A stretch of DNA of 64,000 nt, taken from NCBI RefSeq assembly GCF_009914755.1, contig NC_060947.1; one strand, written 5' to 3'. The position numbers and the translations under genes were made by a program. The notes below the pieces were generated by a model. It was not told the origin of the DNA. It saw nothing but the letters and a program-made list of their open reading frames with translations, and did no database searches. Positions 1-12,808 of the stretch are shown in pieces; the first letter of the stretch is position 1; each line of letters opens with the position of its first letter. The DNA is from the human T2T-CHM13v2.0 reference genome, Homo sapiens.

Positions 1-699
1 TCACTGGCCTCTGCTTAGTTATACCCCATGTCATTTGGTCTTCTTCAAAGGTGGGCTGGCAACTTTGATGTCTGCCTGCTCACCATGACACCTGATCGTT
101 AGGTCTATCCATGTATTCTATGTCCATGTCTGATATCAGACTCCTGTCAGCAATTTAGAGCCCCCTACAACCACGCTAACATGCAGAGAAATCCTGGGCA
201 GCTTTACCACACCAAGCAGGAATGCTTGTGACTCAGTGAGGCTGCCTATCCTGCCAAACCCCTCAGCCAATACTCTCTTCCCTATCAGCACCATGCTACA
301 CTGATCTCTAGGACAGTTGCCAGAAAATCACGACCCAGATTTCCTGTATTCTGGGCCCAATCAAACTTACCTGTGTTTTTATCAATCCTCTTAACTTGGA
401 GGGGGCAGGATACAAGAGTCCCATATCCTCATTGTGTATAAGAATGCAAACCCAAAACTAACTCTCATTTTCATCTTTTTATTTTATCTCAATATCAATT
501 TCATCTTCTCTGTCAGTGGTAACCAACTCTTATGCTAAATTCCATGCTGAGTCCACAGTCTTTTAGACTTTTGACATTCAATCCCTCCCCCTTTTTTCCA
601 CAAAAATTCCAGGCACCTGCCTTGGCCTTCAAGATTATTGTCATAAGTTAAACAAGAAAATGTAGGTATTCATTAAAACTGTACACAAATTTCATTTCT

Positions 700-1035
700 T
701 TTAGAAATATGGTACCATTAAACTTAGTCACCCATTTCGATATTAGGCCTAACATGTGGCCTACTTTGGCCAATGAGATGCAAAAGGAAGTAACATGCCA
801 CTTCTGGGCAGGAATAAGACCTGGTGTGCATTTTGCTGTGCTCCATTTCAACAGCCTTAATTATAGAAGCATGTTGAGATGGAGCTTCTATCAAACTGGA
901 TCCCTGATTGCAATAAGCAGATCTCCCCATCAGTTCACGTTCAACATCTAGTATGAACAAGAAATAAGCTTTTTCTGGATTAAGCCACTGAAATTTGAGG
1001 GATTTTTATTACTGTAGCATAATCTAGACTATTCC
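700..1035 (+). mobile_element. Old MaLR (MLT1-type) LTR remnant
   Basis: The 3' end 'aaataagctttt...ttaagccactgaaatttgagggattttt attactgtagcataatctagact' resembles the MLT1 LTR terminus. Boundaries are approximate. Confidence 0.6.
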
Positions 1036-1620
1036 AATTGGAAAACTTAATTTAATCTGGATTTATACCCCTACTGAGGCTATAGATACTACTGATAAAG
1101 AGCCACAGGGCAAAAAAAAATGTGTAGCAAAAAAAATCTTCAGTTGTTTGGAAATATCACTTATTTGTATGTTTAAGGTATTATGATCAGTCACATTATT
1201 TTGGCAGGTATAAACTTCACTGTATAGGAAGAAGGTGCTCATTTATAAAGGAAAGTTGAAACTTGTTCACTAGGCTGAAGACCTAGGCTGGTAGTTAGAG
1301 GTGAATAACTAAGGGGAATTTAAGCTGAGCTAGGGAGAAAGAGTAAGAGCAGAACCTTCAAAATAAAGTAACAGTAGATGGGACACAATGCTTGAGTAAT
1401 GCTAGAGGGACATTATGCTGCATTATAAATCCTCTCTGAAAAATATGAAGAAGAGTCTATGCTTCTCCCTTATTAACATAAGACATTTGAATTAATGATG
1501 GCTATTTAATTATTGTCATTCAGTCCCAAATTTATTCCTTTATACATTGTTTTGTGAAGATGGATTCTGCAATCTACATTTCCCAGATTCCCATTCCAGC
1601 TGAACACTGGCTATGGGACT

Positions 1621-2117
1621 TGTGATGGTTACTATTGAATGTCAACTTGATTGGATTGAAGGATGCAAGGTATTGTTCCTGGGTGTGTCTGTGAGGGTGT
1701 TGCCAAAGGAGATGAACATTTGAGTCAGTGGGCTGGGAGAGACAAGCCCACCTTCAATCTGGATGGGCACCATCTAATCAGCTGCCAGCACAGCTAAGAT
1801 ACAAGCAGGTAGAGGAATGTGGAACGACTAGACTGTGAGTCTTCCAGCCTTCATCTTTCTCCTGTGCTGGGTGCTTTCTGCCCTAGGACATCAGACTCCA
1901 AGTTCTTCAGCTTTTGGACTCTTGGACCTTCGACCACAGACTGAAGGCTGCACTGTCGGCTTCCCTACTTTGGAGCTTCCTTGCTCCTCAGCTTGCAGAC
2001 GGCCTATTGTCGGACTTCACCTTGCGGTCCTGTGAGTCAATACTCCTTAATAAACTCCCTTTCTTATATACATCTATCCTATTAGTCCTGTCCCTCTAGA
2101 GAACCCTGACTAATACA
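1621..2117 (+). mobile_element. MLT2A (HERV-L) solo LTR
   Basis: Starts TGTGATGGTT..TGTCAACTTGATTGGATTGAAGGATGC and ends ..CTAGAGAACCCTGACTAATACA. It has TG..CA termini and the sequence is typical of MLT2A1/2. Confidence 0.9.
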
Positions 2118-2199
2118 GGGCACCTGCCACCAAAGGTCCAAACCCCATCCATAGGTCATCCTACTCAGAAGTCTGGACAATAGTTGCCAGGTGCTCCTG

Positions 2200-3641
2200 T
2201 ACTAAGGTTTGGGTGTTAAAACTGGAGTGCCCTCCTCAGAAGCTCAAACATCAATCCCATGTGGGCTTGTCTTCTCAGTTTTTAGGGGTCCAGTGGCCTG
2301 AGGCATGACAATATATCTCATTCAAAATGAGACACAAGTTGCTGTACCTAGCACCTCCTACAACAAAGAAAAAGGCACAATGCTTTGGATTTGAGAGAAT
2401 ATATATATATACGCCACATTTGAGTGTGCTGCTCCTGCCGATTTATTGTGTAACCTGTAAGGCTGTTATTCTGAATAGGACCCCAAGCAAGAGAAGTCCC
2501 TGAAGAAACCGTACTGCTGCCCAAGCTGCTCTGCTACTTGAGCTAAGCTTATGACCCAGAAGATCCAATGATACTATAAGTGTCTGTGGTAAATAGGAAT
2601 GCTGCATAGACCAACAGGATAACTAGAGCCTTGAGCAAAACCAAGTGCCCCACAGATAACCAATCTCCTTTCAAGAAACAACTCCTAGTTTGCTACTCAG
2701 CTCTGGTAGAGACCAAATACCCAACCACAGGCCAAAAAGTAGCCATATGACCTAAGCTGCCCGCTATGAACTGGATGTTATCTGATCCATCAAGCTGTAA
2801 GTTTGGATATGCGAAGCAGCAATCCATCATCAGGAGAAAATGGTATGTAAGTCCCAGCAGGTCCTGAAGGTACCGATAAGCTGCATGAGCAGTTGGCTCA
2901 GACTCCACTGCATCGCCAACTATCCCTTAACACACACAATTACCTATTTCCAGTTGGCTGAGGAAAATAAATTAGGGCTTGGCTGATAGATGATTCTCCA
3001 TGTTATCCTGTCAAACCAGAAACAGACTGCTGTAGCATTATGTCCCTGGTTATAGGGTGCCTCTTGAAAGACAGAGGTGAAGGGAAATCCTTTCAGTGGC
3101 CAGAACTTTGATCAGTACTTTAGCTTTTCTACTCTGCCTGGATGGAGAAGTGGCCAGAAGTATTGATCTAAACTGATTTGTGGACAGTGGCTAATATTTT
3201 GACTTAAATGATCAGGGGCCTGGAAAAAACATGATTGGTAGATTGGTGATGAGGAGATCTTGGAGAAAATTATGTAGATGAAGTTTCCCAATAGTAGATG
3301 GTCAAGGTCAAGATAGCCTGTCCTGTGGATTTCAGTCTGCCTTTTCACCAGACACCCAGATACTTGCTCAATGAGCTTATACACATAATGTCCATGGTGG
3401 CAGAAATGGAGGTTATGGATGGGTGCAACAACATGGACTTGTTTCTCACTGATGCTGATCTGGCTACCATCATTACTGAGTGCCTAACTTGCCAACAGCA
3501 GAAACCAATGCTGAGCTCCCAACATGGCATCATTCCTCAGTTGAATCAGCAAGCAGGTGATTATATGAGACCATTTCCATCAGGAAAAAAAAGCAGCAAT
3601 ATTTCTATCTGGAATGGAAACTCTAGATATGGATTTGCCTT
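2200..3641 (+). mobile_element. Degenerate ERVL-class internal region (pol: RT, RNase H, integrase N-terminus)
   Basis: Residual frames resemble ERVL pol (LGVQW..KLL.LAPPTTKK.AQ near 2280-2380). ORF 3298-3771 contains DADLAT..ECLTCQQQKP..YGFAF, similar to the ERVL integrase zinc finger and core. Confidence 0.8.
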
Positions 3642-4635
3642 TTGCGGTAGGCAAAATTCTAGGAAATCTCCCAATCCCCACTTCCTGATGTACACACACT
3701 GTATAATCTCCTGGACTGTGACTATGACAGATTTTACTCATATAATTACTTATGTTATATGGCATGGCTGACTTTAAGAAAAAGATATAAGCACGGTGGG
3801 CCTGACCTAATTACCCCCTTTAAAAGCAGAGAGTTTTCTACCACTGGTGGCAGTAGAGGAAGTCAGAGATTCAAAATATGAGGATTTAACATGTAGTTGC
3901 TGACTTGAAGATACAGGGAACCACATGGTAAGGAATTCATGCAGCTCCTATGGGCTCAGAACATCCTCAAGCTCATAGCCAGCAAGGCAATAGGGACCTC
4001 AGTCTTACAGCTGCAGAGATTGAATTCTTCCAACAACAAGAATGGGCTTGAAAGTAGAAATTTCTAGTTCTAGATCCCTGAGGAATCGCCACACTGACTT
4101 CCACAATGGTTGAACTAGTTTACAGTCCCACCAACAGTGTAAAAGTGTTCCTATTTCTCCACATCCTCTCCAGCACCTGTTGTTTCCTGACTTTTTAATG
4201 ATTGCCATTCTAACTGGTGTGAGATGGTATCTCACTGTGGTTTTGATTTGCATTTCTCTGGGGACTGTTGTGGGGCTGGGGGAGAGGGGAGGGATAGCAT
4301 TGGGAGATATACCTAATGCTAGATGACGAGTTAGTGGGTGCAGCGCACCAGCATGGCACATGTATACATATGTAACTAACCTGCACATTGTGCACATGTA
4401 CCCTAAACTTAAAGTATAATAATAATAAAAAAAAAGAAAGTAGAAATTTCCCCAGAGCCTCCAGCTGAGAACTCAGTGCAGCCAACACCTTGATTTCAGC
4501 CTGTGACACCGTTAACAGAGAACTGAGTCATTCCCTGCCAGCTTTCTTATCTACAGGATGGTGAGCTAATAAATGGGTACTGTTTTAAGCCTCTAAGTTG
4601 TGATTGTTTGTTTGAAAGCAATAGAAAACTAATAT
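3642..4635 (+). mobile_element. MLT1E/F-like MaLR LTR inserted into the ERVL integrase, itself interrupted by an L1
   Basis: Starts TGCGGTAGGCAAAATTCTA and ends GCAATAGAAAACTAAT. ERVL-like sequence resumes after it. Confidence 0.7.
4065..4435 (+). mobile_element. Short young L1 (L1PA2-like), 5'-truncated with 5' inversion
   Basis: Perfect 15-bp TSD GAAAGTAGAAATTTC (4050-4064 / 4436-4450). Antisense ORF2 3' piece (4065-4260) joins the sense 3' UTR and poly(A) at CTCTG. The 3' UTR reads TAGATGACGAGTTAGTGGGTGCAGCGCACC. Confidence 0.92.
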
Positions 4636-5350
4636 GCTTTACCTGAATGCAATGACCTACTGAAGACTACAGCACCAGTTGGAAGTTACAGTGCTAGTTG
4701 GACAAAAACACCTGGCGAAATTAGTACTCTAATCTACAAGATATGAACTATGCTTTGAACCAGTCACAAATACATGGCTTTTTCTTCCATAGCCAAAAAT
4801 ACATGGATCCAGGAATCACAACAGGTGGCAATTAGAGTAGATCCTATTTCTCTTACATCTAATAACATAACTTTGTGTTCTGCTGCTTAGAAGTCTAAGA
4901 TCCCGAGGAAGAAATGCTTCCACTTGAGAAGATGATATTTCCATTTAATTGGAAGCTGAGGTGATCATCTGTTCATTTGGGGATCCTCACACCATTGAGC
5001 CAAAAGGCAGATAAGGGTGAGGGTGATCGATCCCTATTATCAAGGGAAATTTGGGTTGCTTCTACAAAATGGGGGGCTATATCTAAATCTCAAGGGAGTC
5101 TCTGGGGCACCATTTCATATTTGGATATCCAATAGTAAAAATTAATTTAAAAACTAGAGTAATGCAAATAAGAAAGGACTACTAAGGTCTCAGATCCTTC
5201 AGGAATTAAGTTTGGGATCACCTCACCATGTAAAGACTCAATGAACTGATTTTCTGTCTGACAGTAAAGCAAACATGGAAAGGATAGTAGAAGGAAGACA
5301 TTAGAAAGATCAACTATGGCCTTGTGACCAGTTATAGAAACAAGAATGTA
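4636..5350 (+). mobile_element. Continuation of ERVL internal region (integrase C-terminus, dUTPase-like)
   Basis: Motifs 'tatgctttgaaccag', 'catggatccaggaatca' and 'ccatttaattggaagctgag' resemble the ERVL 3' pol/dUTPase region. Confidence 0.6.
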
Positions 5351-7339
5351 GCAGCTCTGCATATTACTTCCTTGATTGTTACGAGTATATTAACTGGTTT
5401 ATCCTTTGTTCTTCTTTTCTCTATTATTTTAATTAAAAAGTGTTACTATTATCTGAATGGCTATTTCTACATCCCATTGTGCTCTTTCAGCTTTCCAACT
5501 CCTATGTTAACATTTTTCTATATTAAATCTCCAGTTTAAATATGTAGCATAGTTTCTGTTTAATTCAGTGAACCCCAGCTGACATATCATTCTCTCCTCT
5601 CCTCATCAGACCTCGGTCACTGACTATAGTTTTGCATTATACTTCCACCACCCCTCCCCCAAGCTATGTATCTATTCTGTGTTAATTTCTTATTAACAAT
5701 AAGAAATTCACTATACATATTGCATGTCAATTTTCAGAAACTCAGAATTTCATGTGGTAGTCTTCCCAGGACTTCAAGAACTATAAATGATGGTAGAAAG
5801 ATGGTGGGCAAGTGGTAAGGAGCCACAGTTGCTTTGGAGGCTATATGGGAGGGAAGATGTCACTGTCTGATATACTGGCATAGCTATTTAAACGTGGGCA
5901 ACAATAAGGGATTTAAATGGTAACCTTTACACATAGGAACTAAGGGATCTGGATGGCTACCAGAATGAAACTTTCTTCCTTACCTTAAAAATACACTTTT
6001 AAAAAGAGATTTAATAAAAATTACCTATGCACAGCCAATATAAAAATAAAGGTAAGTTTTCAAAGAGTCCCAGTAGTTTTATTTAGAACTAATTAAATAA
6101 AAAGTCCAATTGGTTGCTTGTTCTAATAAAGAAATATATTATAAATGAAATTGCCTGTTTGATAGAGGCAGATTGTTTGACTTGGCATAAATTATATTTT
6201 TAAAGAAATACATTTTAATGGAAAAAATTGTCTGGCATATAATAACCTTATTTTCTTCAAAATTAAAACAGAGGACTAGAAAATGAAAAGATTATGCAAC
6301 CATTCTGCAAGTTTATTGGCAAAATGAATGAATGTGTGTTTTGGTTGTTCTGCAGAGAATTGACCTAATTGAAAGAGAAATGTGATGCCTGGTGACAGAG
6401 CTGAATAATTGTCTTTTAGAAAAAAGGAGTCAAATAATTATTCATCTTCTGTATTTCTTCCACATAGAATTTATGATGACTGTTTCAACCCTGAGAAATA
6501 ACTCATACCCCCGAAAAAAGTCCAAACCGGAGACTCTAATATTTGTAGTTTAATTTGGGGCTTTTATTAGCAAAACCAGCATTTCTTTATCACTATAATC
6601 TCTGATTAATCAGAAACCGTCCTTCATCCAAAAAGGTAATATTGCTGACTCACTACCTATAAGACATGAGTTCTAAGGTTGTTGGGGTGGGGAGTTGTTT
6701 TTGGTTTTGGTTTGTGGGGGATTTTTGTTTGTTTTTCCAGAAGAAGTTTAAATTTTTTTCTGATACATCCATAATCCCTGGCTCTTTTCCTCCTGACCAA
6801 AGCATGGATTTATTGTGGTGGGTCTGTAGCTAGAAACACATTAATGCTAAATAGGCATACAATAAGGAAAAAAAAAATCTATCAACATTGCCTCCCTACC
6901 CCATAGCCAAAATAAGAAAATCTTCAAAATTTGCTCATTTCTCTTAATTACCAGGAAAGTGTGAGCTCCTTTGAGAAGTAATCTTGTTTTTCTTTGTATT
7001 CCTAGTTTCTAAATAATGTACTCAATAAATGTTGATTTGTACAATGGATCACCTAAGCTTCAGAATAGACTGTTTATGGAGCAATACCAGTTATTTGACC
7101 AGGCTGCTAAACCATGTTCTTAGAAAAATATATAAGGTGAAAATACTTTCTTAATTGAGTTTTTACTCTTATTGCCATTTAGAATAGTAGTGTTCACAAC
7201 CTTAATTTCAAAACCACTATCTTATGCTTTATATCCCTTAATGTCCAAGAAATGAGACCTATTATAGGATAATGAAAGTTGTTAAGGGTTCAGTTACTCT
7301 TATAAATCAGCTTCTCAGAAGTAAAATAAACTACCACTC

Positions 7340-7700
7340 TTTTAATTCATTTGACATTTATTGAATAACAAGTTGTGTGCTAAATGTTGTGAATACAAAG
7401 ATGAATAAGAGAAAAGTCCAAGTCTTAAAAGACTACACAATTTAGTTGATCAAACAGATTTCTGTAATGCAGTATAGAGTTATACTGCAGGATATTATGA
7501 GACAGCAAACAGAGGGCCCCTGTTCCAGCCCAGAGAGCTCAAGGAAAGTTTCCTAGGCCGAGTCTTAAAGAAAAAGTAGGAGGTGGTCAGGCAAAAGGAC
7601 AGTTTAAGCAAAGACAGAAAGAGCAGAAAGAACATGGTGTGTAGGAGGAAGTACAAACATTTTTGTGTCACTGAAGCATAGTGAAGAAAAGAGTAGCAGA
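7340..7700 (-). mobile_element. L2 3'-end remnant
   Basis: 'ttcatttgacatttattgaata..tgtgtgctaaatg..aatacaaagatgaataaga' is a typical antisense L2 tail. Confidence 0.5.
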
Positions 7701-7734
7701 AGATGGCAAAAAAAAGGCATGCAGTAGCTAGATA

Positions 7735-9867
7735 ACAGAGAAAAATGAGAGTCAAGTGAAAAGGGAAACCCCTTATAAAACCATTAGCTCTCATGAGACT
7801 TATTCACTACCACAAGAGCAGTATGGGGGAAGCACTCCCATGGTTTAATTATCTCCCACCAGGTCCCTCATATGACATGTAGGAATTATGAGAGCTAAAA
7901 TTCAAGATGAGATTTGGGTGTGGACACAGCTAAGCCATATCATTCCACCCCAGCCCCTCCCAAAATCTCATGTCCTCACATTTCAAAACCAATCATGCCT
8001 TCCCGGCAGTCCCCCAAAGTCTTAACTCATTTCAGCATTAACCCAAAAGTCCACAGTCCAAAGTCTCATCTGAGACAAAGCAAGTCCCTTCTGCCTATAA
8101 GCCTGTAAAAGCAAAAGCGAGTTAGTTACTTCCTAGATATGATGGGGGTACAGGCATTGGGTAAATATGGCCATTCAAAATGGGAGAAACTGGCCAAAAC
8201 AAAAGGGCTACAGGCCCCATGCAAATTCGAAATCCAGCAGGGCAGTCAAATTTAAAGGTCCAAAATGATCTCCTTTGACTCCATGTCTCACATCCAGGTC
8301 ACATTGATGCAAGAGGTGGGTTCCCATTGTCTTGGGCAGCTCTACCCCTGTATCTTTGGAGGGTATAGCCTCCCTCTTGGCTGCTTTCATGGGCTGGCAT
8401 TGAGTATCTGCGGCTTTTCTAGGTGCATGATGCAAGCTGTCGATAGATCTACCATTCTGGGGTCTGGAGGATGGTGGCCCTCTTCTCACAGCTCCACTAG
8501 GGAGTGCCCCAGTGGGGACTCTGTGTGGGAGCTCACGCCCCACATTTCCCTTCTGCCCTGCCCTAGCAGATGTTCTCCATGAGGGCTCTGCCCCTGTAGC
8601 ACATCTCTTCCTGGACATACAGGCATTTCCATACATCCTCTGAAATCTAGGCAGAGGTTTCCAAACCTCAATTATTGACCTCTGTGCACCTGCAGGCCCA
8701 ACACCACGTGTAAGCCTCCAAAGCTTGGCGCTCACACCCTCTGAAGCAACAGCCTGAGGTTTACATTGGCCCATTTTAGCCAGGGCTGGGATGCAGGGCA
8801 ACAAGTCCTGAGACTGCACAAAGCAGCAAGGCCCTGGGCCCAACCCACAAAACCATTTTTTCCTCCTAGGCCTCTGGGACTGTGATGGGAGGGGATGCCG
8901 TGAAGACTTCCAACATGCCCTGGAGACATTTTCCCCATTGTCTTGGTAATTAACATTTGGCTCCTCATTACTTATGAAAATTTCTTCAGCCAGCTTGAAT
9001 TTCTCCTCAGAAAATGTTTTTTCCTTTTCTTTGGCATTGTCAGGTTGAAATTTTTCCAAACTTTTACACTCTGTTTCCCTTTTAACACTTAATGCTTTTA
9101 ACAGTGCCCAAGTAACCTTTTGCTTTGCTGCTTAGGAATTTCTTCCATCAGATACCCTAAATCATCTCCCTCAAGTTCAAAGTTCCACAGATCTCTAGGG
9201 CAGGGGCAAAATGCCACCAGTCTCTTTGCTAAAACATAGCAAGAGTGACCTTAATACAGTTCCCAACAAGTTCCTCATCTCCATCTGAGATCACCTCGGC
9301 CTGGATTTCATTGTCCATATCATTATCAGCATTTTGGTCAAAGCCATTCAACAAGTCTCTAGGAAGTTCCAAACTTCCCCGCATTTTCCTATCTTCTTCT
9401 GAGCCCTCCAAACTGTTCCAACCTCTGCCTGTTACCCAGTTCCAAAGTTGCTTCCACATTTTTGGGTATCTTTACAGCAGTGCCCACTACCTGGTACCAA
9501 TTTACTGTATTAGTCTGTTCTCACACTGCTAAATAAGACATACCCAAGACTGGGTAACTTAGAAAGGAAAAAGGTTTAATAGACTCACAGTTCCACATGG
9601 CTGGGGAGGCCTCATAATCATGGTGGAGGGCAAAAGGCATGTCTTACATGGCAGCAGACAAAAGAGAAAATGAGAACCAAGTGAAAAGGGAAACCCCTTA
9701 TAAAACCATTAGATCTCATGAGACTTATTCACTATGATGAGAACAGTATGGGGGAAACCACTACCACGATTCAATTATCTCCCATGAGGTTCCTCCCACA
9801 ACACATTGGAATTATGGGAGCTACAATTAAGATGAGATTTTGGTGGGGACACAGCCAAATGATATCA
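7735..9867 (-). mobile_element. THE1 (THE1C/D-like) MaLR provirus: truncated LTR 7735-7941, internal region 7942-9504, complete LTR 9505-9867
   Basis: Two homologous LTR copies ('gtgaaaagggaaaccccttataaaaccattag..ctcatgagacttattcacta') flank THE1-int sequence. Internal ORF remnant 8208-9059 (-). Confidence 0.9.
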
Positions 9868-12101
9868 ATGTCCTTATTTCTTTCATTGGTGTTTTATAGT
9901 TTTTAGCATACAGATTCTGCACACATTCCGTTAGATTTAAATCTATACATTTCAGTATTTTGGTACTGTTCTTTCAATATTGTATTCCAATTGTTGATTT
10001 TTAATATATAGAAATAAAATTGACTTTTTAGATTTATTGACTTTGTATCCTGCAAACTTGCTAAACTCATTTATTATGTCTAGGTGTTTCTTTGTAGACT
10101 TGTTGAGGATTTCTGTATAGACAACCATGTCATTTGAGCATAGAAATAGTTTTGTTTCTTTCTTTCTAATCTGGATGTCTTTTATTTTTTCTTCTGGACT
10201 TACTGCACAAGGATAAGACTTCCAGTAAGCTGTTGAACAAGAATAGGGGGAGGAAATATCCTTGTCTTGCTCCTCATTGTATAGAGAAGCATTAGTCTTT
10301 CATCATTCAGTATGATGTTAGCTGTGGGTAACTCAGGTAAAGGGAGTTTACCTGAGCCTTCTATTCCTAACATGCTGAGATTTTTTTCAAAAAATCATTA
10401 ATAGATGTTAAATTTTGTCAAATGCTTTTTCTGGTTCTATTGAGATGATATGTCTTCTTTGATCTCTTAATATAATTAATAATGTTAATTACATTGGTTG
10501 ATTTTTGAGTGTTGAACCAGTCCTAGATTCCTGTGGTAAATCCCACTTGGTTATGATACATGATTCTTCTTATGTATTGCTGGATTCAATTTTCCAACAT
10601 TTTAGTAGAGGATTTGTGTATCTTTATTCATGAGGAATATCAGTTTGTGATTTCGTTTTCGTGTAATGTCTTTATTTGTGTTTCATATCAGGATAATGCT
10701 AGCCTCAAAATTGAGTTGAAGTGTGTGTTCTCCAATTTTGTTATTTCTATTTTTCTAAATAAGTTTTGGTGATTTGTATTTTTCTTGGTATTTGTTCATT
10801 ACACTCAATTTGTCAAATTTATGGACATAGAGCTGTTTTTAGTACTAATTCATCATTTTAACATCTATAGGGTCTATAGTGTTCCTTGTTTTATTCCTGA
10901 CTTTTTTTGTAGCCATTCTGATAAATGTTTAGTGGTATGTCATTGTGGTTTTAATTTTCACTTCTTTGATGACTAATAATATTAACCATCATTTCATTGC
11001 TTTTGACTTCTGTGTTTTTTCCTTGTTGTCTTCATATATCTGCCCATATTCTAATTTCATTGTTTGTTTTCTTACATTTGACTTTTGAGACGAAGAGAGT
11101 TCTTTATACATTATAGATATTAGTCTTTTGTTGGATATGTGCTTCACAAATATATTCACACAATCTGCAGCTTTGTCTTTCCATCCTCATCACATTGTCT
11201 TTCACAGATCAAAGTTTTAATATTGATGATGCCCAATTTATTAATTTTACCTTTCATAAGTCTTGCTTTTGGTGACAAGTCCAAGAATTCCTTACTCAAC
11301 TTGACATTCCAAAGATTTTTAAAAGATTTATAGTTTTACATTGTACATTTAAGTCCATCACACATTTTGAATTACATCATGTATTTATCATTATAGTATC
11401 AAACAGAATACTTTCGCCACCTTAAGAATGCCATGTGCTCTACCTATTCATTCTCTCTTTCCTCCCTCTTCCTAAATCCTTGGCAACCACTGATATTTTT
11501 ACTGTCTCTATAGTTCTGCCTTTTCCAGAATGTCATATAGTGGGAATCATACAGCATACAGCCTTTTCAAACTGTCTTCTTTCACTTAGTCATATGCATT
11601 TAAGGTTCATTCATGTCTTTTCATAGCTTGATAGTTCATTTGTTTTTATCACTGAGTAATAGTCCATTGACCATGATTTGTGTATCTTCATCTATTGAAA
11701 GACATCTTGGTTGCTGCTAGGTTTTGGCAAGAATAACAGTGCTATTAATATAAGTATTTGAGTGCAGTGTTTTATGTGGACATAAGTTATTTTTTAACTC
11801 ATTTGGGTATATACCAAAAAGTATGACTGCTGAATCATATGGCAAAAGTATGTTTAGTTTTGTAAGAAACTTTCCATCTGTCTTTCAAAGTGGCTATACC
11901 ATTTTGCATTCCTACCAGCAATGAATGCTAGTTTCTGTTGCATCTTTGTCATCATTTGATGTTGTCAGTGCTTTCGATTTTAGCCAGGTGTGTGATGATA
12001 GCTCATTATTGTTTTAATTTGCAATTCCCTGATGACATATGATGTTGAACACGTTTTCATTTCCTTATTTGCCATTTGTATATCTTCTTTGGTGAGGTAT
12101 C

Positions 12102-12434
12102 CTTTCTTTCTTTCTTTCTTTCTTTTCTTTTTTTTCTTTTTCTTTTTTTTTTCGAGACAGAGTCTCACTCTGTCACCCAGGCTGGAGTGCAATGGCAGGA
12201 TCTCAGCTCACTGCAGCGTCTGCCTCCCAGGTTAAAGCAATTTTCATGATTCAGCCTCCTCACGTGGCTGCGACTACAGGTGCACCAACAACCCCAGCTA
12301 ATTTTTTGTATTTTAGTAGAGACGGGGTTTCACCATGTTCCCCAGGCTGGTCTCAAACCCCTGAGCTCAGGCAATCCACCCACCTCGGCTTCACAAAATG
12401 CCAAGATTACAGGCATAAGCCACTACACCAGGCC
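12102..12434 (-). mobile_element. Alu (S/J-type)
   Basis: T-rich tail followed by GAGACAGAGTCTCACTCTGTCACCCAGGCTGGAGTGCA ... CCAGGCC. Confidence 0.92.
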
Positions 12435-12468
12435 AAAAATTGGGTTGTTTTCTTATTGTGGAGTTTAA

Positions 12469-12808
<340 letters not shown>

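Noticed and set aside
3298-3771. 157-aa ORF as a functional integrase
   Set aside because: Only a degenerate zinc-finger and core fragment, which runs into an inserted LTR.
1621-5350. MLT2A LTR as the 5' LTR of the adjacent ERVL internal sequence
   Set aside because: No PBS or gag follows the LTR. The internal sequence is far more decayed and is interrupted by an older MLT1-type LTR, so they are probably independent insertions.
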